The notes: generated by a model from the letters alone, not told the origin. Positions 1-10,249 are shown, numbered from the stretch's first letter. The stretch: DNA of 64,000 nt from Candidatus Moraniibacteriota bacterium (GCA_028695135.1 JAQVJM010000001.1:13718-77717); one strand, 5' to 3'. Program-made: numbers and translations.

Positions 1-130
1 GGAACTAGGCGTGGGCTGGCGAATATTTAGGGAGTGAGGCTTGAAAGGCTGTCTATATATCTCAAGTTTAAATTAACTTCAATTTTAATATATATCAAAA
101 TATATGTTTCTAGAGATAAATTTGTTGTAG

Positions 131-163
131 TTGTAGGGACAGGTTTAAAACCTATCCCTACAA
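131..163. repeat. GTAG-type REP-like palindrome
   Basis: TTGTAGGGACAGGTT-TAA-AACCTATCCCTACAA: near-perfect inverted repeat (1 mismatch) with GTAG at its base. Confidence 0.6.
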
Positions 164-230
164 AAATATGCACACAAAAAATAATCTCTCCTAAAAGCTA
201 AAACCTATAAGCTGAAAGCTGTAAAAACTA

Positions 231-259
231 TTGACAAACGGATAATCATTATATAATAT
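231..259 (+). promoter_or_regulatory. sigma70-type promoter of str operon
   Basis: TTGACA at 231-236; TATAAT at 252-257 (15-nt spacer) or TAATAT at 254-259 (17-nt spacer). Confidence 0.6.
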
Positions 260-348
260 TAGAACTGCGCTAAATTTTTTAGCAGCATTTTAATTTAATA
301 ACAAAAAACTTGGCGAACTTCGCCAAAGGTTTTGAATTTAATCCGGAA

Positions 349-765
349 ATGCCAACAATAAATCAGCTCAAAAGAAAATCGAGAAAATCAGTCAAGAAAA
401 AAACAAAGTCTCCGGCGATGTCTTTTGTTTTTAACACGATAAAAAACAGGCCGACTGAATCGCAGGGTCCTTTTAAAAGAGGAGTCTGCCTGAGCGTAAA
501 AACCACTACTCCTAAGAAACCCAATTCAGCTCTCAGGAAGATTGCCAGAGTTCGTCTTACGAATGGAATGGAAGTGACGGCATATATCCCGGGAATCGGA
601 CACAACCTGCAAGAGCACTCAATCGTGATGATCAGAGGCGGAAGAGTGAAGGACTTACCTGGAGTCAGATATCATGTGGTAAGGGGAATTCTGGATACGG
701 CCGGGGTGGACGGAAGGAAAAGAGGAAGGAGCAAGTATGGAGCCAAGAGACCTAAGGGAGAATAA
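349..765 (+). CDS. rpsL: 30S ribosomal protein S12
   Basis: MPTINQL start, [11 protein letters not shown] and [12 protein letters not shown] motifs; ATG at 349 preferred to TTG at 310. Confidence 0.99.
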   Translation: MPTINQLKRKSRKSVKKKTKSPAMSFVFNTIKNRPTESQGPFKRGVCLSVKTTTPKKPNSALRKIARVRLTNGMEVTAYIPGIGHNLQEHSIVMIRGGRVKDLPGVRYHVVRGILDTAGVDGRKRGRSKYGAKRPKGE

Positions 766-774
766 GACTGTCTT

Positions 775-870
775 TACGAATTACTAATTTATTACGAATA
801 TACGAATGAAATAGTGATTCGAAAGAAATTAATTAAAAATTAGTATATTAGTATAAATTAGTAATTAGTA
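775..870. repeat. mirrored heptamer array (TACGAAT-type x4 / ATTAGTA x4)
   Basis: Left arm TACGAAT TACTAAT ttat TACGAAT a TACGAAT; right arm ATTAGTA t ATTAGTA taa ATTAGTA ATTAGTA. Confidence 0.85.
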
Positions 871-879
871 AAGAAACAC

Positions 880-1347
880 ATGCCAAGAAGAAAGAGAAAA
901 TATCCCAGTCATTGGAAAGCCGATCCAAAATACGGAAATATTTTATTAGGAAGGTTTATAGGTTCTATCATGCTTGACGGAAAAAGAAGCGTAGCCGAAG
1001 AGATAGTATATAAATCCTTCGATATTATCCATGAAAAAACCCAAAAGGGCGGACTGAACGTTTTTGAACAGGCGGTTAAAAACGTATCGCCTCTCTTGAT
1101 AGTTCGATCAAAAAGAGTCGGAGGAACTAATTATCAGGTTCCGGTTCAGGTTTCCGGAACCAAAAGGCAGGCGTTGGCAATGGCATGGATAAAAGAGGCT
1201 TGCAGGAAAAGAAAAGGCAAAAGCATGGCGGAGAAACTGGCAGATGAACTTTTGGAAGCTTCCGAAAAAACCGGGTCAGCCATAAAGAAGAAAGAAGATG
1301 TGCACAAGATGGCTGAATCCAACAAGGCTTTTGCTCACTTCGCGTAG
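880..1347 (+). CDS. rpsG: 30S ribosomal protein S7
   Basis: RVGGTNYQVP and HKMAESNKAFAHF motifs; str operon position. Confidence 0.99.
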   Translation: MPRRKRKYPSHWKADPKYGNILLGRFIGSIMLDGKRSVAEEIVYKSFDIIHEKTQKGGLNVFEQAVKNVSPLLIVRSKRVGGTNYQVPVQVSGTKRQALAMAWIKEACRKRKGKSMAEKLADELLEASEKTGSAIKKKEDVHKMAESNKAFAHFA

Positions 1348-1360
1348 TAATCCGCTAAAA

Positions 1361-1460
1361 TACAAATCTTATACGAATCTACAAATTTATAATTGCCATC
1401 AAATCTATGGGCACGAAGGCTCTAGCCATTTGTATATTGTAGCTAATTTGTAAATTTATA
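1361..1460. repeat. mirrored heptamer array (TACAAAT / ATTTGTA)
   Basis: TACAAAT ctta TACGAAT c TACAAAT ... ATTTGTA t ATTGTA gcta ATTTGTA a ATTTATA. Confidence 0.75.
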
Positions 1461-1477
1461 GGTATTAAGTAAAAAAC

Positions 1478-3598
1478 ATGGCCACCGACATAAAAAAATT
1501 AAGAAATATCGGAATTATAGCTCATATAGACGGAGGAAAAACTACTACCACCGAGCGTATTTTATTTTACACCGGAATTACTCACAAGATCGGAGAAGTT
1601 CATGAGGGAGAGGCCACTATGGATTGGATGGAGCAAGAGAGAGAAAGAGGAATCACTATTACCAGCGCGGCTACGACTTGTTTTTGGAAGGATCATCAGG
1701 TAAACATCATAGATACTCCCGGACACGTGGACTTCACGGTGGAAGTAGAGAGATCTCTTCGCGTTTTGGACGGCGCGGTGGTTATTTTTGACGGAAAAGA
1801 GGGAGTGGAGCCCCAGTCAGAGACTGTCTGGAGACAAGCCGATCGATATCATGTTCCTAGGTTTTGCTTCATTAACAAGATTGACAAAGAAGGAGCAGAT
1901 TTTGAAAATGCTTTGAAATCCATCCACAACAGACTTACTCCCAATGCCTTGGCCATACAAATGCCTATTGGGGAAAGGGACCAGTTCAAAGGGGTCATCG
2001 ATCTGGTAAAGATGAGATCCTATACTTTTGAAGGAGATATGGGAGAAAAAGTAATCGAGGGAGAAATCCCTGCAGAACTTTTGGAAGAAGCCAAAAGCAA
2101 AAGGGAAAAAATGGTTGAGAAGATAGCCGAAACGGATGATGCGCTGGTAGAAAAATATCTTGAGGGTCAGGAAATATCCGAAGAAGAGATCAAATCGGGT
2201 CTGCGAAAGGCGGTCATAGAAGTGAAGATCGTTCCGGTCATTATGGGAACAGCCTTGAGAAATAAAGGCGTGCAGCTTCTCTTGGATGCCGTGGTGGATT
2301 ACCTGCCCTCTCCTTTGGATCTGCCTCCGGTAAAAGGAGAAAATGTCAAAACCGGAGAGGAAGTGGAAATCAATCCTTCGGCGGAAGAGCCTTTTGCAGC
2401 GTTGGCCTTTAAAATAGCAGCCGATCCTTTTGTGGGACAGCTTACTTTTTTCAGAATTTATTCAGGATCGGTAAAAGCTGGATCATATATTTTAAATTCG
2501 ACCAAAGGAGAAAAAGAGAGAATCGGCAGGATTTTAAGAATGCATTCAAATCATCGCGAGGAAATAGAGGAACTTGGAGTGGGAGAGATCGGCGCGCTGG
2601 TCGGCCTTAAAAATACTACCACCGGGGACACTCTTTGCGACCAGGATAGGCCGGTGATACTGGAAAAAATGACATTTCCGGAGCCGGTTATCGATATTGC
2701 CATTGAGCCGAAAACAAAAGCTGATCAAGAAAAAATGGGCTTGGCTCTCAAAAAGCTGGCGGAAGAAGATCCGACTTTTAGGGTGAGAAGCGATGAAGAA
2801 ACCGGACAGACCATCATTTCGGGAATGGGGGAATTGCATTTAGATGTTTTGGTGGACAGGATGAAAAGGGAATTCAAGGTAGAAGCTAACGTAGGCAAGC
2901 CCCAGGTAGCTTATAGAGAGACTATCAGATCTTCCAAGGAAGCGGAAGGAAAATATATCAAGCAATCGGGAGGACGAGGACAATACGGACATTGTTGGGT
3001 CAGGATTGAACCTCTGGTCAAAGAAGCCGTTAAGGAAGAAGAAGGAAAGGAAAAAGAGGAAGAAAAAATATTCGAATTCGCAAATGAAATAAAAGGAGGA
3101 GCGATTCCTCAAGAATTTATCCCTCACATCGAAAAAGGAATAAAAGAAGCGATGGGCAACGGAATTTTAGCCGGATTTCCGATGGTTGACGTCAAGGCTA
3201 CTCTTTATGACGGAAGTTATCATGATGTGGACTCGTCTGAGGCGGCTTTTAAGATTGCCGGTTCCATGGCTTTCAAGGCGGCGGCCAGGGAGGCTAACCC
3301 GGTTCTTCTCGAGCCGATAATGAAAGTGGTGGTAACTGTTCCGGAACAATACATGGGAGATGTGGTTGGAGACATAAACTCAAAGAGAGGAATCATAAAA
3401 GAAATAAATGACAGAGGAGAGGGTACCGCTATGGTCAAGGAGATAGAAGCGGAAATTCCCTTAGCTTCCATGTTCGGTTACGCCACTCAACTCAGAAGCA
3501 TGACCCAGGGAAGAGCAAGCTACTATATGGAATTTGAAAAATATTCCGAAGTGCCTAATAATATAGCCCAAGAAATAATATCAGGAGATAAAAAATAA
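1478..3598 (+). CDS. fusA: elongation factor G
   Basis: [23 protein letters not shown] GTPase motifs; [11 protein letters not shown]; 706 aa. Confidence 0.99.
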   Translation: MATDIKKLRNIGIIAHIDGGKTTTTERILFYTGITHKIGEVHEGEATMDWMEQERERGITITSAATTCFWKDHQVNIIDTPGHVDFTVEVERSLRVLDGAVVIFDGKEGVEPQSETVWRQADRYHVPRFCFINKIDKEGADFENALKSIHNRLTPNALAIQMPIGERDQFKGVIDLVKMRSYTFEGDMGEKVIEGEIPAELLEEAKSKREKMVEKIAETDDALVEKYLEGQEISEEEIKSGLRKAVIEVKIVPVIMGTALRNKGVQLLLDAVVDYLPSPLDLPPVKGENVKTGEEVEINPSAEEPFAALAFKIAADPFVGQLTFFRIYSGSVKAGSYILNSTKGEKERIGRILRMHSNHREEIEELGVGEIGALVGLKNTTTGDTLCDQDRPVILEKMTFPEPVIDIAIEPKTKADQEKMGLALKKLAEEDPTFRVRSDEETGQTIISGMGELHLDVLVDRMKREFKVEANVGKPQVAYRETIRSSKEAEGKYIKQSGGRGQYGHCWVRIEPLVKEAVKEEEGKEKEEEKIFEFANEIKGGAIPQEFIPHIEKGIKEAMGNGILAGFPMVDVKATLYDGSYHDVDSSEAAFKIAGSMAFKAAAREANPVLLEPIMKVVVTVPEQYMGDVVGDINSKRGIIKEINDRGEGTAMVKEIEAEIPLASMFGYATQLRSMTQGRASYYMEFEKYSEVPNNIAQEIISGDKK

Positions 3599-3657
3599 TT
3601 TTTTCAGGCCAAGCCGGCTAAAAAAATTTCATAATTCTGAAATTCAGCCCTTGACAG

Positions 3658-3685
3658 TTGACAAAAAAAGATAGGATGCTACTAT
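3658..3685 (+). promoter_or_regulatory. internal sigma70 promoter upstream of tuf
   Basis: TTGACA (3658-3663), 16 nt, TACTAT (3680-3685) preceded by TG (extended -10). Confidence 0.6.
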
Positions 3686-3794
3686 GGCCTAGTAGCACTT
3701 GTCAGTGCTATTGTTTGCAATTTTATTTTACAATAATTAGTAAAAAACATAATAAAAATTTGCGAAAGTGGATTTTCTTTCGCGCGAAAATTTT

Positions 3795-4985
3795 ATGGCA
3801 GAAAAATTTCAAAGAACTAAGCCACATGTAAATGTGGGAACGATCGGCCATGTCGATCATGGCAAGACAACCCTTACGGCTGCGATACTCAAAGTGTTGA
3901 GCTTTAAAGGTTGGGCGTCGGCCAAAGCGGTTTCTGATATCGATAATGCTCCTGAGGAAAAGGAGAGAGGTGTTACCATTGCAACCGCTCACTGCGAATA
4001 TGAATCGGAAAAAAGACATTATGCCCATGTGGATTGCCCGGGGCATGCCGATTATATTAAAAACATGATTACCGGAGCGGCTCAGATGGACGGAGCGATC
4101 CTAGTTGTCAGTGCGACTGACGGACCCATGCCTCAGACAAGAGAGCATATCCTTTTGGCCAAGCAAGTGGGAGTTCCAAATATAGTAGTCTTTATAAATA
4201 AGGTTGATATGGTGGATGATCCGGAACTGATTGATCTGGTTGAGGAAGAAGTGAAAGAGCTTCTTTCCAAATATGAATTCGACGGAGAAAACGCTTCTAT
4301 AATAAGAGGTTCCGCTCTTAAGGCGCTTGAATCATCCAGCGCTGACGATGAAGCAGCTAAACCGATTTTTGATTTGATAAAGGCTTTGGATGAAAAAATT
4401 CCCGAACCTAAAAGAGACACTGAGAAACCTCTACTTATGCCTATTGAAGATATCTTTTCGATTGAAGGAAGAGGAACTGTGGCTACGGGAAGAATTGAAA
4501 GGGGCGTTATAAACTTAAACGATGAAATAGAAATAGTCGGACTTAGAGACACGCAAAAAACGACTGTTACCGGAATTGAAATGTTTAACAAACAACTGGA
4601 CAAAGGAGAAGCTGGAGATAATGCCGGAGTTCTTCTTCGCGGAACTAAAAAAGAGGACATAGAGAGAGGGCAGGTCATTGCAGCTCCCGGATCGATTACC
4701 CCGCATACTGAATTTGAGGGAGAAGTTTACGTTCTCACCAAAGAAGAAGGCGGAAGGCATACTCCTTTTTTCAAGGGATATAAGCCCCAATTCTACATCC
4801 GAACCACTGATGTTACCGGAGAAGTCGAGCTTCCCGAGGGGACAGAGATGGTTATGCCGGGGGACACTGTTAATTTAAAAATAAAACTTTCTTCCCATGT
4901 CGCCATGGAGGATGGAATGAGATTTGCCATTCGCGAGGGAGGAAGAACTGTAGGCGCCGGTATCGTTACTAAAATCATCAAATAA
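3795..4985 (+). CDS. tuf: elongation factor Tu
   Basis: [48 protein letters not shown]; start set at ATG 3795. Confidence 0.99.
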   Translation: MAEKFQRTKPHVNVGTIGHVDHGKTTLTAAILKVLSFKGWASAKAVSDIDNAPEEKERGVTIATAHCEYESEKRHYAHVDCPGHADYIKNMITGAAQMDGAILVVSATDGPMPQTREHILLAKQVGVPNIVVFINKVDMVDDPELIDLVEEEVKELLSKYEFDGENASIIRGSALKALESSSADDEAAKPIFDLIKALDEKIPEPKRDTEKPLLMPIEDIFSIEGRGTVATGRIERGVINLNDEIEIVGLRDTQKTTVTGIEMFNKQLDKGEAGDNAGVLLRGTKKEDIERGQVIAAPGSITPHTEFEGEVYVLTKEEGGRHTPFFKGYKPQFYIRTTDVTGEVELPEGTEMVMPGDTVNLKIKLSSHVAMEDGMRFAIREGGRTVGAGIVTKIIK

Positions 4986-5081
4986 ATTTGAGCGAATATA
5001 ATCCTGCTCTTTTTGAAGGGCAGGACGATTATCCCCTCAAAATCGGGATAAAGTAATTTATTGCCAGATCTTGTTACAAAA

Positions 5082-5405
5082 ATGGTTAAAAAAGAAGAAG
5101 GACAATCAAGGATCAGAATAAAAATCAAGGCTTACGACAATAAAGTCATTGATCAATCTGCCAAGAAAATAATCGACACAGCGATGCGTTCGGGAGCCGA
5201 AGTTTCCGGTCCGATTCCGTTGCCTACGGAAATCCATAAGACAACCGTTAATAAATCAACTTTTGTGCACAAAAACGCTCGCGAGCAATTTGAAATGAGA
5301 GTGCATAAGCGGTTGATAGATATTTTAAATCCGAAACCAAAGACTATAGACGATTTGACCAGCCTTGATCTGCCGGCGGGTGTTGACATCGAAGTTAAGA
5401 TGTAG
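5082..5405 (+). CDS. rpsJ: 30S ribosomal protein S10
   Basis: [31 protein letters not shown] motifs. Confidence 0.98.
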   Translation: MVKKEEGQSRIRIKIKAYDNKVIDQSAKKIIDTAMRSGAEVSGPIPLPTEIHKTTVNKSTFVHKNAREQFEMRVHKRLIDILNPKPKTIDDLTSLDLPAGVDIEVKM

Positions 5406-5424
5406 TAGATTTAATAAGAAAATA

Positions 5425-5535
5425 CAACTAGTTAAAGTCCCCATCTCTTGAAAAGAGATGCGAGATACTAAGCTAGCCAGGTGGTACCAAAACTATTTTA
5501 GTTTTTTACTGGCTCTTATCGACCAGTTTTTTTAT
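5425..5535 (+). promoter_or_regulatory. candidate attenuator/leader RNA between rpsJ and rplC (T-box-like antiterminator plus terminator)
   Basis: Hairpin CATCTCTT-GAA-AAGAGATG; AGCCAG(G)-TGGTACC-AAAACTA/TAGTTTT..CTGGCT; alternative ACTGG(C)TC/GACCAGT hairpin followed by a T tract. Confidence 0.45.
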
Positions 5536-5555
5536 TTGAATCAGTTTTAGAGATT

Positions 5556-5696
5556 ATCCCGCAACCGATTATAAGAAATTATCTGAAAATCCAGATCCTC
5601 ATTTGTAGAATCGCCTGCGGCTTAATCAGAGTAAATATTTAGATTTTAGATGAAATAGGTGCGGGATGCTCATTTTGTAGCTGCTCGCTCCACTCG
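5556..5696 (+). repeat. long-hairpin element copy 1 (ATCCCGCA...TGCGGGAT + CTCGCTC tail)
   Basis: Shares its termini and 3' tail with 15005-15155. Confidence 0.6.
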
Positions 5697-5704
5697 TAGA
5701 CAAA

Positions 5705-6277
5705 ATGAGAAAATTTATACTGGGAAAAAAGATAGGAATGACGACTGTTTATGACAAGGACAAGGGAGCTTTGAATGTTACCTTGATTGAATGCGTTCCT
5801 AATAAGGTGTCCCTTATCAGAAGTGAGGATAAGGATGGATATTTCGCCATTCAATTGAGCATGGAAAAATCCAAGAAGGATGAATTCAAAAAAGAGTTCA
5901 GAGTTTCCAAAGAAGAAGTTGGCTCTTTTAAGGAAGGGGGAGAAATCACATTGGATAAATTCGAGTTGGAGGAGAGAGTGCGCGTTTCCGGGGTGGCAAA
6001 ATCCAAGGGATTCCAGGGCGTTATGAAAAGGCATGGATTTCACGGATCTCCATCTAGCCATGGGCACAGACATGATCATAGGGCGCCTGGCTCTATAGGT
6101 CCGGGATATCCGCAACATGTTTTGAAGGGCAGGAAAATGGCGGGAAGAATGGGAGGAAAAAGAGCGACTACTAAAAATTTAAAGATTGCCCTTATCGACA
6201 GAGAAAATAATATTGTAGGTGTTAGAGGTCCTGTTCCGGGAGTAAATGGGAGAATAGTTGAAATATTTTGTAAATAG
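5705..6277 (+). CDS. rplC: 50S ribosomal protein L3
   Basis: GKKIGMT, SKGFQGVMKRHGF, PGSIG, KMAGRMG motifs. Confidence 0.98.
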   Translation: MRKFILGKKIGMTTVYDKDKGALNVTLIECVPNKVSLIRSEDKDGYFAIQLSMEKSKKDEFKKEFRVSKEEVGSFKEGGEITLDKFELEERVRVSGVAKSKGFQGVMKRHGFHGSPSSHGHRHDHRAPGSIGPGYPQHVLKGRKMAGRMGGKRATTKNLKIALIDRENNIVGVRGPVPGVNGRIVEIFCK

Positions 6278-6279
6278 TT

Positions 6280-6906
6280 ATGAAAATAGCAGTTTATAAT
6301 TTGGAAGGAAAAAAACTGAAAGATATGGAATTATCTGAAGATGTTTTTGGTGTTGAAAAAAATGAATTTCTTTTGCACCAGGTTTATGTAGCTAAAAAAG
6401 CCAACCGGAGAAAGCCGATTGCGCATACCAAAAACAGAGGAGAGGTGGCAGGCTCAGGAATAAAGCCCTGGAGACAGAAAGGGACCGGCAGAGCGAGAGT
6501 GGGATCAGTAAGAACTCCGGTTTGGAAAGGCGGAGGAATAGTTTTCGGACCGACCAAAGAAAGAAATTTCAGCAAGAAAGTCAACAATAGGGCCAATCGA
6601 AAAGCCATAAAGATGGCTCTCAGTGAGAAAGCGAAAAAAGGCAATATGATCGTGGTCGACAGTTTCAAGCTAAAGGAGAAAAAGACCAAAGAATTTGCCA
6701 AAGGAATGGATAATCTGAAATTGAAAGGAAAAATTTTACTGAGTCTGGGAGAAAAGGAAAAGGATGCGTATCTGTATTCAAGAAACATAAAAAACATGAA
6801 ATGCATCCCCGCAAAGATTATAAACGTGATGGATTTGCTCGATTATTCAAAATTACTGATCAGCGAGGACTCGATCAAATACCTGGAAAAAAAGTATAAT
6901 AGATAA
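6280..6906 (+). CDS. rplD: 50S ribosomal protein L4
   Basis: HTKNRGEVAGSGIKPWRQKGTGRARVGS motif. Confidence 0.99.
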   Translation: MKIAVYNLEGKKLKDMELSEDVFGVEKNEFLLHQVYVAKKANRRKPIAHTKNRGEVAGSGIKPWRQKGTGRARVGSVRTPVWKGGGIVFGPTKERNFSKKVNNRANRKAIKMALSEKAKKGNMIVVDSFKLKEKKTKEFAKGMDNLKLKGKILLSLGEKEKDAYLYSRNIKNMKCIPAKIINVMDLLDYSKLLISEDSIKYLEKKYNR

Positions 6907-6911
6907 ATCGT

Positions 6912-7349
6912 ATGAGTTTATTCGGAAAAAAAGGAGACAATAAAAAGGAAGAAAAAGAAGTTTCTGATAAAAAAGCGGAAGGAAGCGAAGTTAAGATTGA
7001 GAAAGGAGAGGATAAAGAGATTTCTGCCCCAAAAAAATCCAAAAAGATTTTGAATAAAGAATTGGATGGAAGTTTGGCATATGAAACTGTGGTAAAGCCA
7101 TGGATAACGGAGAAGACCCACAGTTTAATGTCAGATGGAAAATATGTTTTCAAGATAAGGAAAGGGATAGATAAAATCCGGATTAAAGAGGCGATCGAAA
7201 GCCTGTACGGAGTGGAGATTGAAAAAATCAACATGGTTAACATCCCTCAAAAAAGAAGAAGATTCGGAAGAATTGAGGGAAAGAAGTCAGGTGTTAAAAA
7301 AGCGATCATCACATTGAGAGAAGGAGAAAGCATAGAATTTTTCGAGTAG
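6912..7349 (+). CDS. rplW: 50S ribosomal protein L23 with Lys/Glu-rich N-terminal extension
   Basis: PWITEK, KKAIITL motifs; about 55 extra N-terminal residues. Confidence 0.96.
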   Translation: MSLFGKKGDNKKEEKEVSDKKAEGSEVKIEKGEDKEISAPKKSKKILNKELDGSLAYETVVKPWITEKTHSLMSDGKYVFKIRKGIDKIRIKEAIESLYGVEIEKINMVNIPQKRRRFGRIEGKKSGVKKAIITLREGESIEFFE

Positions 7350-7352
7350 ATC

Positions 7353-7440
7353 ATGCGGATAAGGATATGAATCGAATCCGAATGATATTCCGATGCAATA
7401 AATATGATTCGTATCACATAACTCGCATATAATTAGAATC
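7353..7440. repeat. degenerate mirrored array (ATGCGGAT/ATCCGAAT ... ATTCGTAT/ACTCGCAT)
   Basis: Occupies the rplW-rpsS spacer, where rplB normally lies. Confidence 0.55.
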
Positions 7441-7451
7441 AAAATTAGCAT

Positions 7452-7778
7452 ATGTCAAGAAGTTTAAAGAAAGGTCCTTATGTAGATGAAAGATTGATGA
7501 AAAAAATCAAGGACAAACAACCTGGTGACAAGAAGCCGATCAGGACATGGTCGAGAGCTTGCACTATTGTGCCGGAGATGGTGGGTTTTGTATTAGAAGT
7601 GCATAATGGAAGAAAATTTGTCGAAGTCAGTGTTATTGAAGAAATGGTCGGCCATAAATTGGGAGAATTTGCCCACACCAGAACATTCTTGAGACACGGA
7701 GGAAAGATCCAGAAGGAATTAGAATTAGCGGCCAAACAGAAAGAAATCGATTCCGCCAAGGCTGCCAAGACAGAATAA
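7452..7778 (+). CDS. rpsS: 30S ribosomal protein S19
   Basis: [31 protein letters not shown] motifs. Confidence 0.99.
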   Translation: MSRSLKKGPYVDERLMKKIKDKQPGDKKPIRTWSRACTIVPEMVGFVLEVHNGRKFVEVSVIEEMVGHKLGEFAHTRTFLRHGGKIQKELELAAKQKEIDSAKAAKTE

Positions 7779-7807
7779 TCCCTAAGAAATTTCATATAAA
7801 TTAGCAG

Positions 7808-7848
7808 TTCGCCCGCTTGCGATCCATTCGCATAAGCGTCGCGGGCAG
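7808..7848 (+). repeat. 41-nt palindromic REP-like element, copy 1
   Basis: TTCGCCCGCTTGCGATCCATTCGCATAAGCGTCGCGGGCAG; 37/41 identical to 8552-8592. Confidence 0.85.
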
Positions 7849-7859
7849 ATGAGAATAAC

Positions 7860-8411
7860 ATGAAAGTCAAAGTTAAGGCAAAATTGAATAATTTGAGAAT
7901 ATCCCCGAGAAAGGTAAGGATTTCAGCCGATATGGTAAGAAATTGCAACGCAGGCGAGGCAATCTTTAGATTGAAAAATACGATTAAAAAATCCAACGAG
8001 CCTCTGAAAAAATTAATCGAGAGCGCAATCGCCAATGCAAAAGACAGATATGATCTGAAAACGGATGAATTGAAAATAGCAGATATCCAAGTGGGAGAAG
8101 GAATGACCCTGAAGCGCTGGACCCCTAGAGCCTATGGAAGGGCGACCGAGATTTTGAAAAGAAGTTCTCATATTTATCTGACTCTCGAGGCGGAAACGGC
8201 CGAAGAGAAAAAAAAGAAGAGCAAGAAGAAAGAGGTGAAAATTGCGGATGATAAAACAGAGGGAAAAATCGAAACGGTGGAGAAAGTGGATGTCAAAAAA
8301 GACAAGATAACCGGGGATATTAAAAAAGGACATTTTGAAGTAGAAGGCAAGAGGAAAGAAAGCAGGGAAAAAGGCTGGACAAAGAAGATATTTAAGAGAA
8401 AGTCGATGTAA
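7860..8411 (+). CDS. rplV: 50S ribosomal protein L22 with long basic C-terminal extension
   Basis: RISPRKVR, SAIANA, PRAYGRA, KRSSHI motifs; about 70-aa tail. Confidence 0.98.
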   Translation: MKVKVKAKLNNLRISPRKVRISADMVRNCNAGEAIFRLKNTIKKSNEPLKKLIESAIANAKDRYDLKTDELKIADIQVGEGMTLKRWTPRAYGRATEILKRSSHIYLTLEAETAEEKKKKSKKKEVKIADDKTEGKIETVEKVDVKKDKITGDIKKGHFEVEGKRKESREKGWTKKIFKRKSM

Positions 8412-8419
8412 ATAGCTAC

Positions 8420-8555
8420 TGCGAAGTACGAACTTATACGGATTTACGAACAAGCGCTGGAAGAATTTAAATAATTTATTTTTAATACAAGAATATAATT
8501 TGAATAAGAATTACATTTGTACATAATTTTGCGGTTCTATATGAGTCGTAATTCG
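8420..8555. repeat. mirrored heptamer array (TACGAAC type)
   Basis: TGCGAAG TACGAAC tta TACGGAT t TACGAAC ... ATTTGTA ... GTCGTA ATTCG; right arm degenerate. Confidence 0.7.
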
Positions 8556-8592
8556 CCCGCCTGCAATGCATTCGCATAAGCGCCGCGGGCAG
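8552..8592 (+). repeat. 41-nt palindromic REP-like element, copy 2
   Basis: TTCGCCCGCCTGCAATGCATTCGCATAAGCGCCGCGGGCAG. Confidence 0.85.
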
Positions 8593-8604
8593 GCATAGAA
8601 TAGT

Positions 8605-9432
8605 ATGGCGATCAAAGTTTATAAAAAGAATAATGCGGGACGGAGAAATATGTCCGTAGTCAAGCCCGAAGGGCTTTCGAAAAATAAGCCGGAGAAATCT
8701 CTGCTAGTTGGACGCGGTAAAAAATCCGGACGTTCTGGAGGAAAGATTTCCGTTCGTCATAAAGGAGGCGGTCATAAGAAAAAATACAGGTTGGTGGATT
8801 TCAAGCAGGATAAATTTGGAATTCCCGGAAAAGTCAAATCTATCGAAAAAGATCCTTTCCGTTCAGCGTTGATAGCCCTGGTTGTTTATGCCGACGGAGA
8901 GAAAAGATATGTTCTAGCTACAGAAGGATTAAAGGAAGGAAAAGAAATAATATCAGATAAAAAGACGCCCTTTAAGAAAGGAAATAGGATGCAGATAAAA
9001 AATATTCCTGTCGGCACCATAATTTCCAATGTGGAAATGGCAATGGATGCGGGCGGCCAGCTGGCCAGGAGTGCCGGTTCGAGCGTTGTGCTTATGGGTA
9101 GTGAAGGGAGAATGGCTCAACTTAAGCTTTCTTCGGGAGAGATAAGGCTGGTAAGCAATGAATGTTATGCGACTATAGGACAAGTAAGCAATTTCGAACA
9201 CGGATCTGTCAGAGTGGGAAAAGCCGGAAGAAAAAGGTGGATGGGAATAAGGCCAGCAGTCAGAGGAACAGCTATGAATCCCGTTGACCATCCGCATGGA
9301 GGAGGAGAAGGAGTTCAAGGAATCGGACTGAAATATCCCAAAACTCCGTGGGGAAAGATCGCACTGGGAAAAAAGACCAGAAAGAAGAAAAAGCATAGTA
9401 ATAAATTTATAGTGAAGAGAAAGAAGAAATAA
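8605..9432 (+). CDS. rplB: 50S ribosomal protein L2
   Basis: [34 protein letters not shown] motifs. Confidence 0.99.
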   Translation: MAIKVYKKNNAGRRNMSVVKPEGLSKNKPEKSLLVGRGKKSGRSGGKISVRHKGGGHKKKYRLVDFKQDKFGIPGKVKSIEKDPFRSALIALVVYADGEKRYVLATEGLKEGKEIISDKKTPFKKGNRMQIKNIPVGTIISNVEMAMDAGGQLARSAGSSVVLMGSEGRMAQLKLSSGEIRLVSNECYATIGQVSNFEHGSVRVGKAGRKRWMGIRPAVRGTAMNPVDHPHGGGEGVQGIGLKYPKTPWGKIALGKKTRKKKKHSNKFIVKRKKK

Positions 9433-9523
9433 CTGTTGAAATTGTGATAATTGTTGAAGATGTTACAGTAAAATAAATTAGGACAAGCAAAGCGATATAA
9501 CAATTTGGACAACTAGAACAATT
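9433..9523. repeat. mirrored 9-mer array (AATTGTTGA / AACAATT)
   Basis: AACTGTTGA AATTGTGAT AATTGTTGA AGATGTTAC ... ATAACAATT TGGACAACT AGAACAATT. Confidence 0.7.
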
Positions 9524-9526
9524 AAT

Positions 9527-10168
9527 ATGGGACAAAAAGTCAATCCAAAAGGATTCAGAATCGGAATAACAACCACCTGGCGCTCCAGATGGTTCGGGGG
9601 TAAAGATTATAGAAATAATCTCAAGGAAGATGTAAGCATACGCAAGGGGGTTATGGAAAAATGGAAGCAGGCTTCTATAGCCGATGTTGAAATTGAAAGG
9701 TTCAATAACGAAATACAGATTATTATTTTGACTTCTCGTCCCGGAGTGCTTATCGGAAGAGGAGGAACAGGTGTTGAGGATATCCAGAATTTTGTGAAAA
9801 AAAATTATTTTTCCGGAAAGAAAACCGCCATCAAGATAGAGGTTAAGGAAGTTAAAGATTTCGAATCCAACGCTTCCATTGTCGCCCAGCAAGTGGCCGA
9901 ACAGCTGGAAAAAAGGATGCCTTTCAGAAGAGTTTTAAAAACCACGCTGGATCAAGTTATGGGGAATAAGACAGTCAAAGGCGCCAAAGTGGAAGTATCG
10001 GGAAGATTGGGAGGAGCGGAAATGTCTAGGACCGAATGGCTTTCCAGAGGAACTATTCCTCTTCAGACAATGAGAGCGGATATAGATTTCGCCACAGCGA
10101 CTGCTAACACCACCTACGGTTCAATCGGAGTAAAGGCATGGATTTACAAGGGAGAAATATTTGAATAA
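9527..10168 (+). CDS. rpsC: 30S ribosomal protein S3
   Basis: MGQKVNPKGFRIG, RPGVLIGRGG, GRLGGAEM, YGSIGVKAWIYKG motifs. Confidence 0.99.
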   Translation: MGQKVNPKGFRIGITTTWRSRWFGGKDYRNNLKEDVSIRKGVMEKWKQASIADVEIERFNNEIQIIILTSRPGVLIGRGGTGVEDIQNFVKKNYFSGKKTAIKIEVKEVKDFESNASIVAQQVAEQLEKRMPFRRVLKTTLDQVMGNKTVKGAKVEVSGRLGGAEMSRTEWLSRGTIPLQTMRADIDFATATANTTYGSIGVKAWIYKGEIFE

Positions 10169-10170
10169 TC

Positions 10171-10243
10171 TCGTAAAGCATAACGTATAGCGCATAACGC
10201 AATAAATAAAAATGATTTGCGTTTCACGCTCCACGTTTTACGA
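10171..10243. repeat. mirrored period-7 array (CATAACG type)
   Basis: TCGTAAAG CATAACG TATAGCG CATAACG CAA ... TTG CGTTTCA CGCTCCA CGTTTTA CGA. Confidence 0.7.
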
Positions 10244-10249
10244 AATAAT

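Noticed and set aside
1-37. Possible 3' end of an upstream gene (..ELGVGWRIFRE*)
   Set aside because: Too short to identify.
3693-3710. CIRCE/HrcA operator (TAGCACT-N4-AGTGCTA)
   Set aside because: The arms resemble CIRCE, but the spacing is far shorter than TTAGCACTC-N9-GAGTGCTAA; more likely a 5' RNA hairpin.
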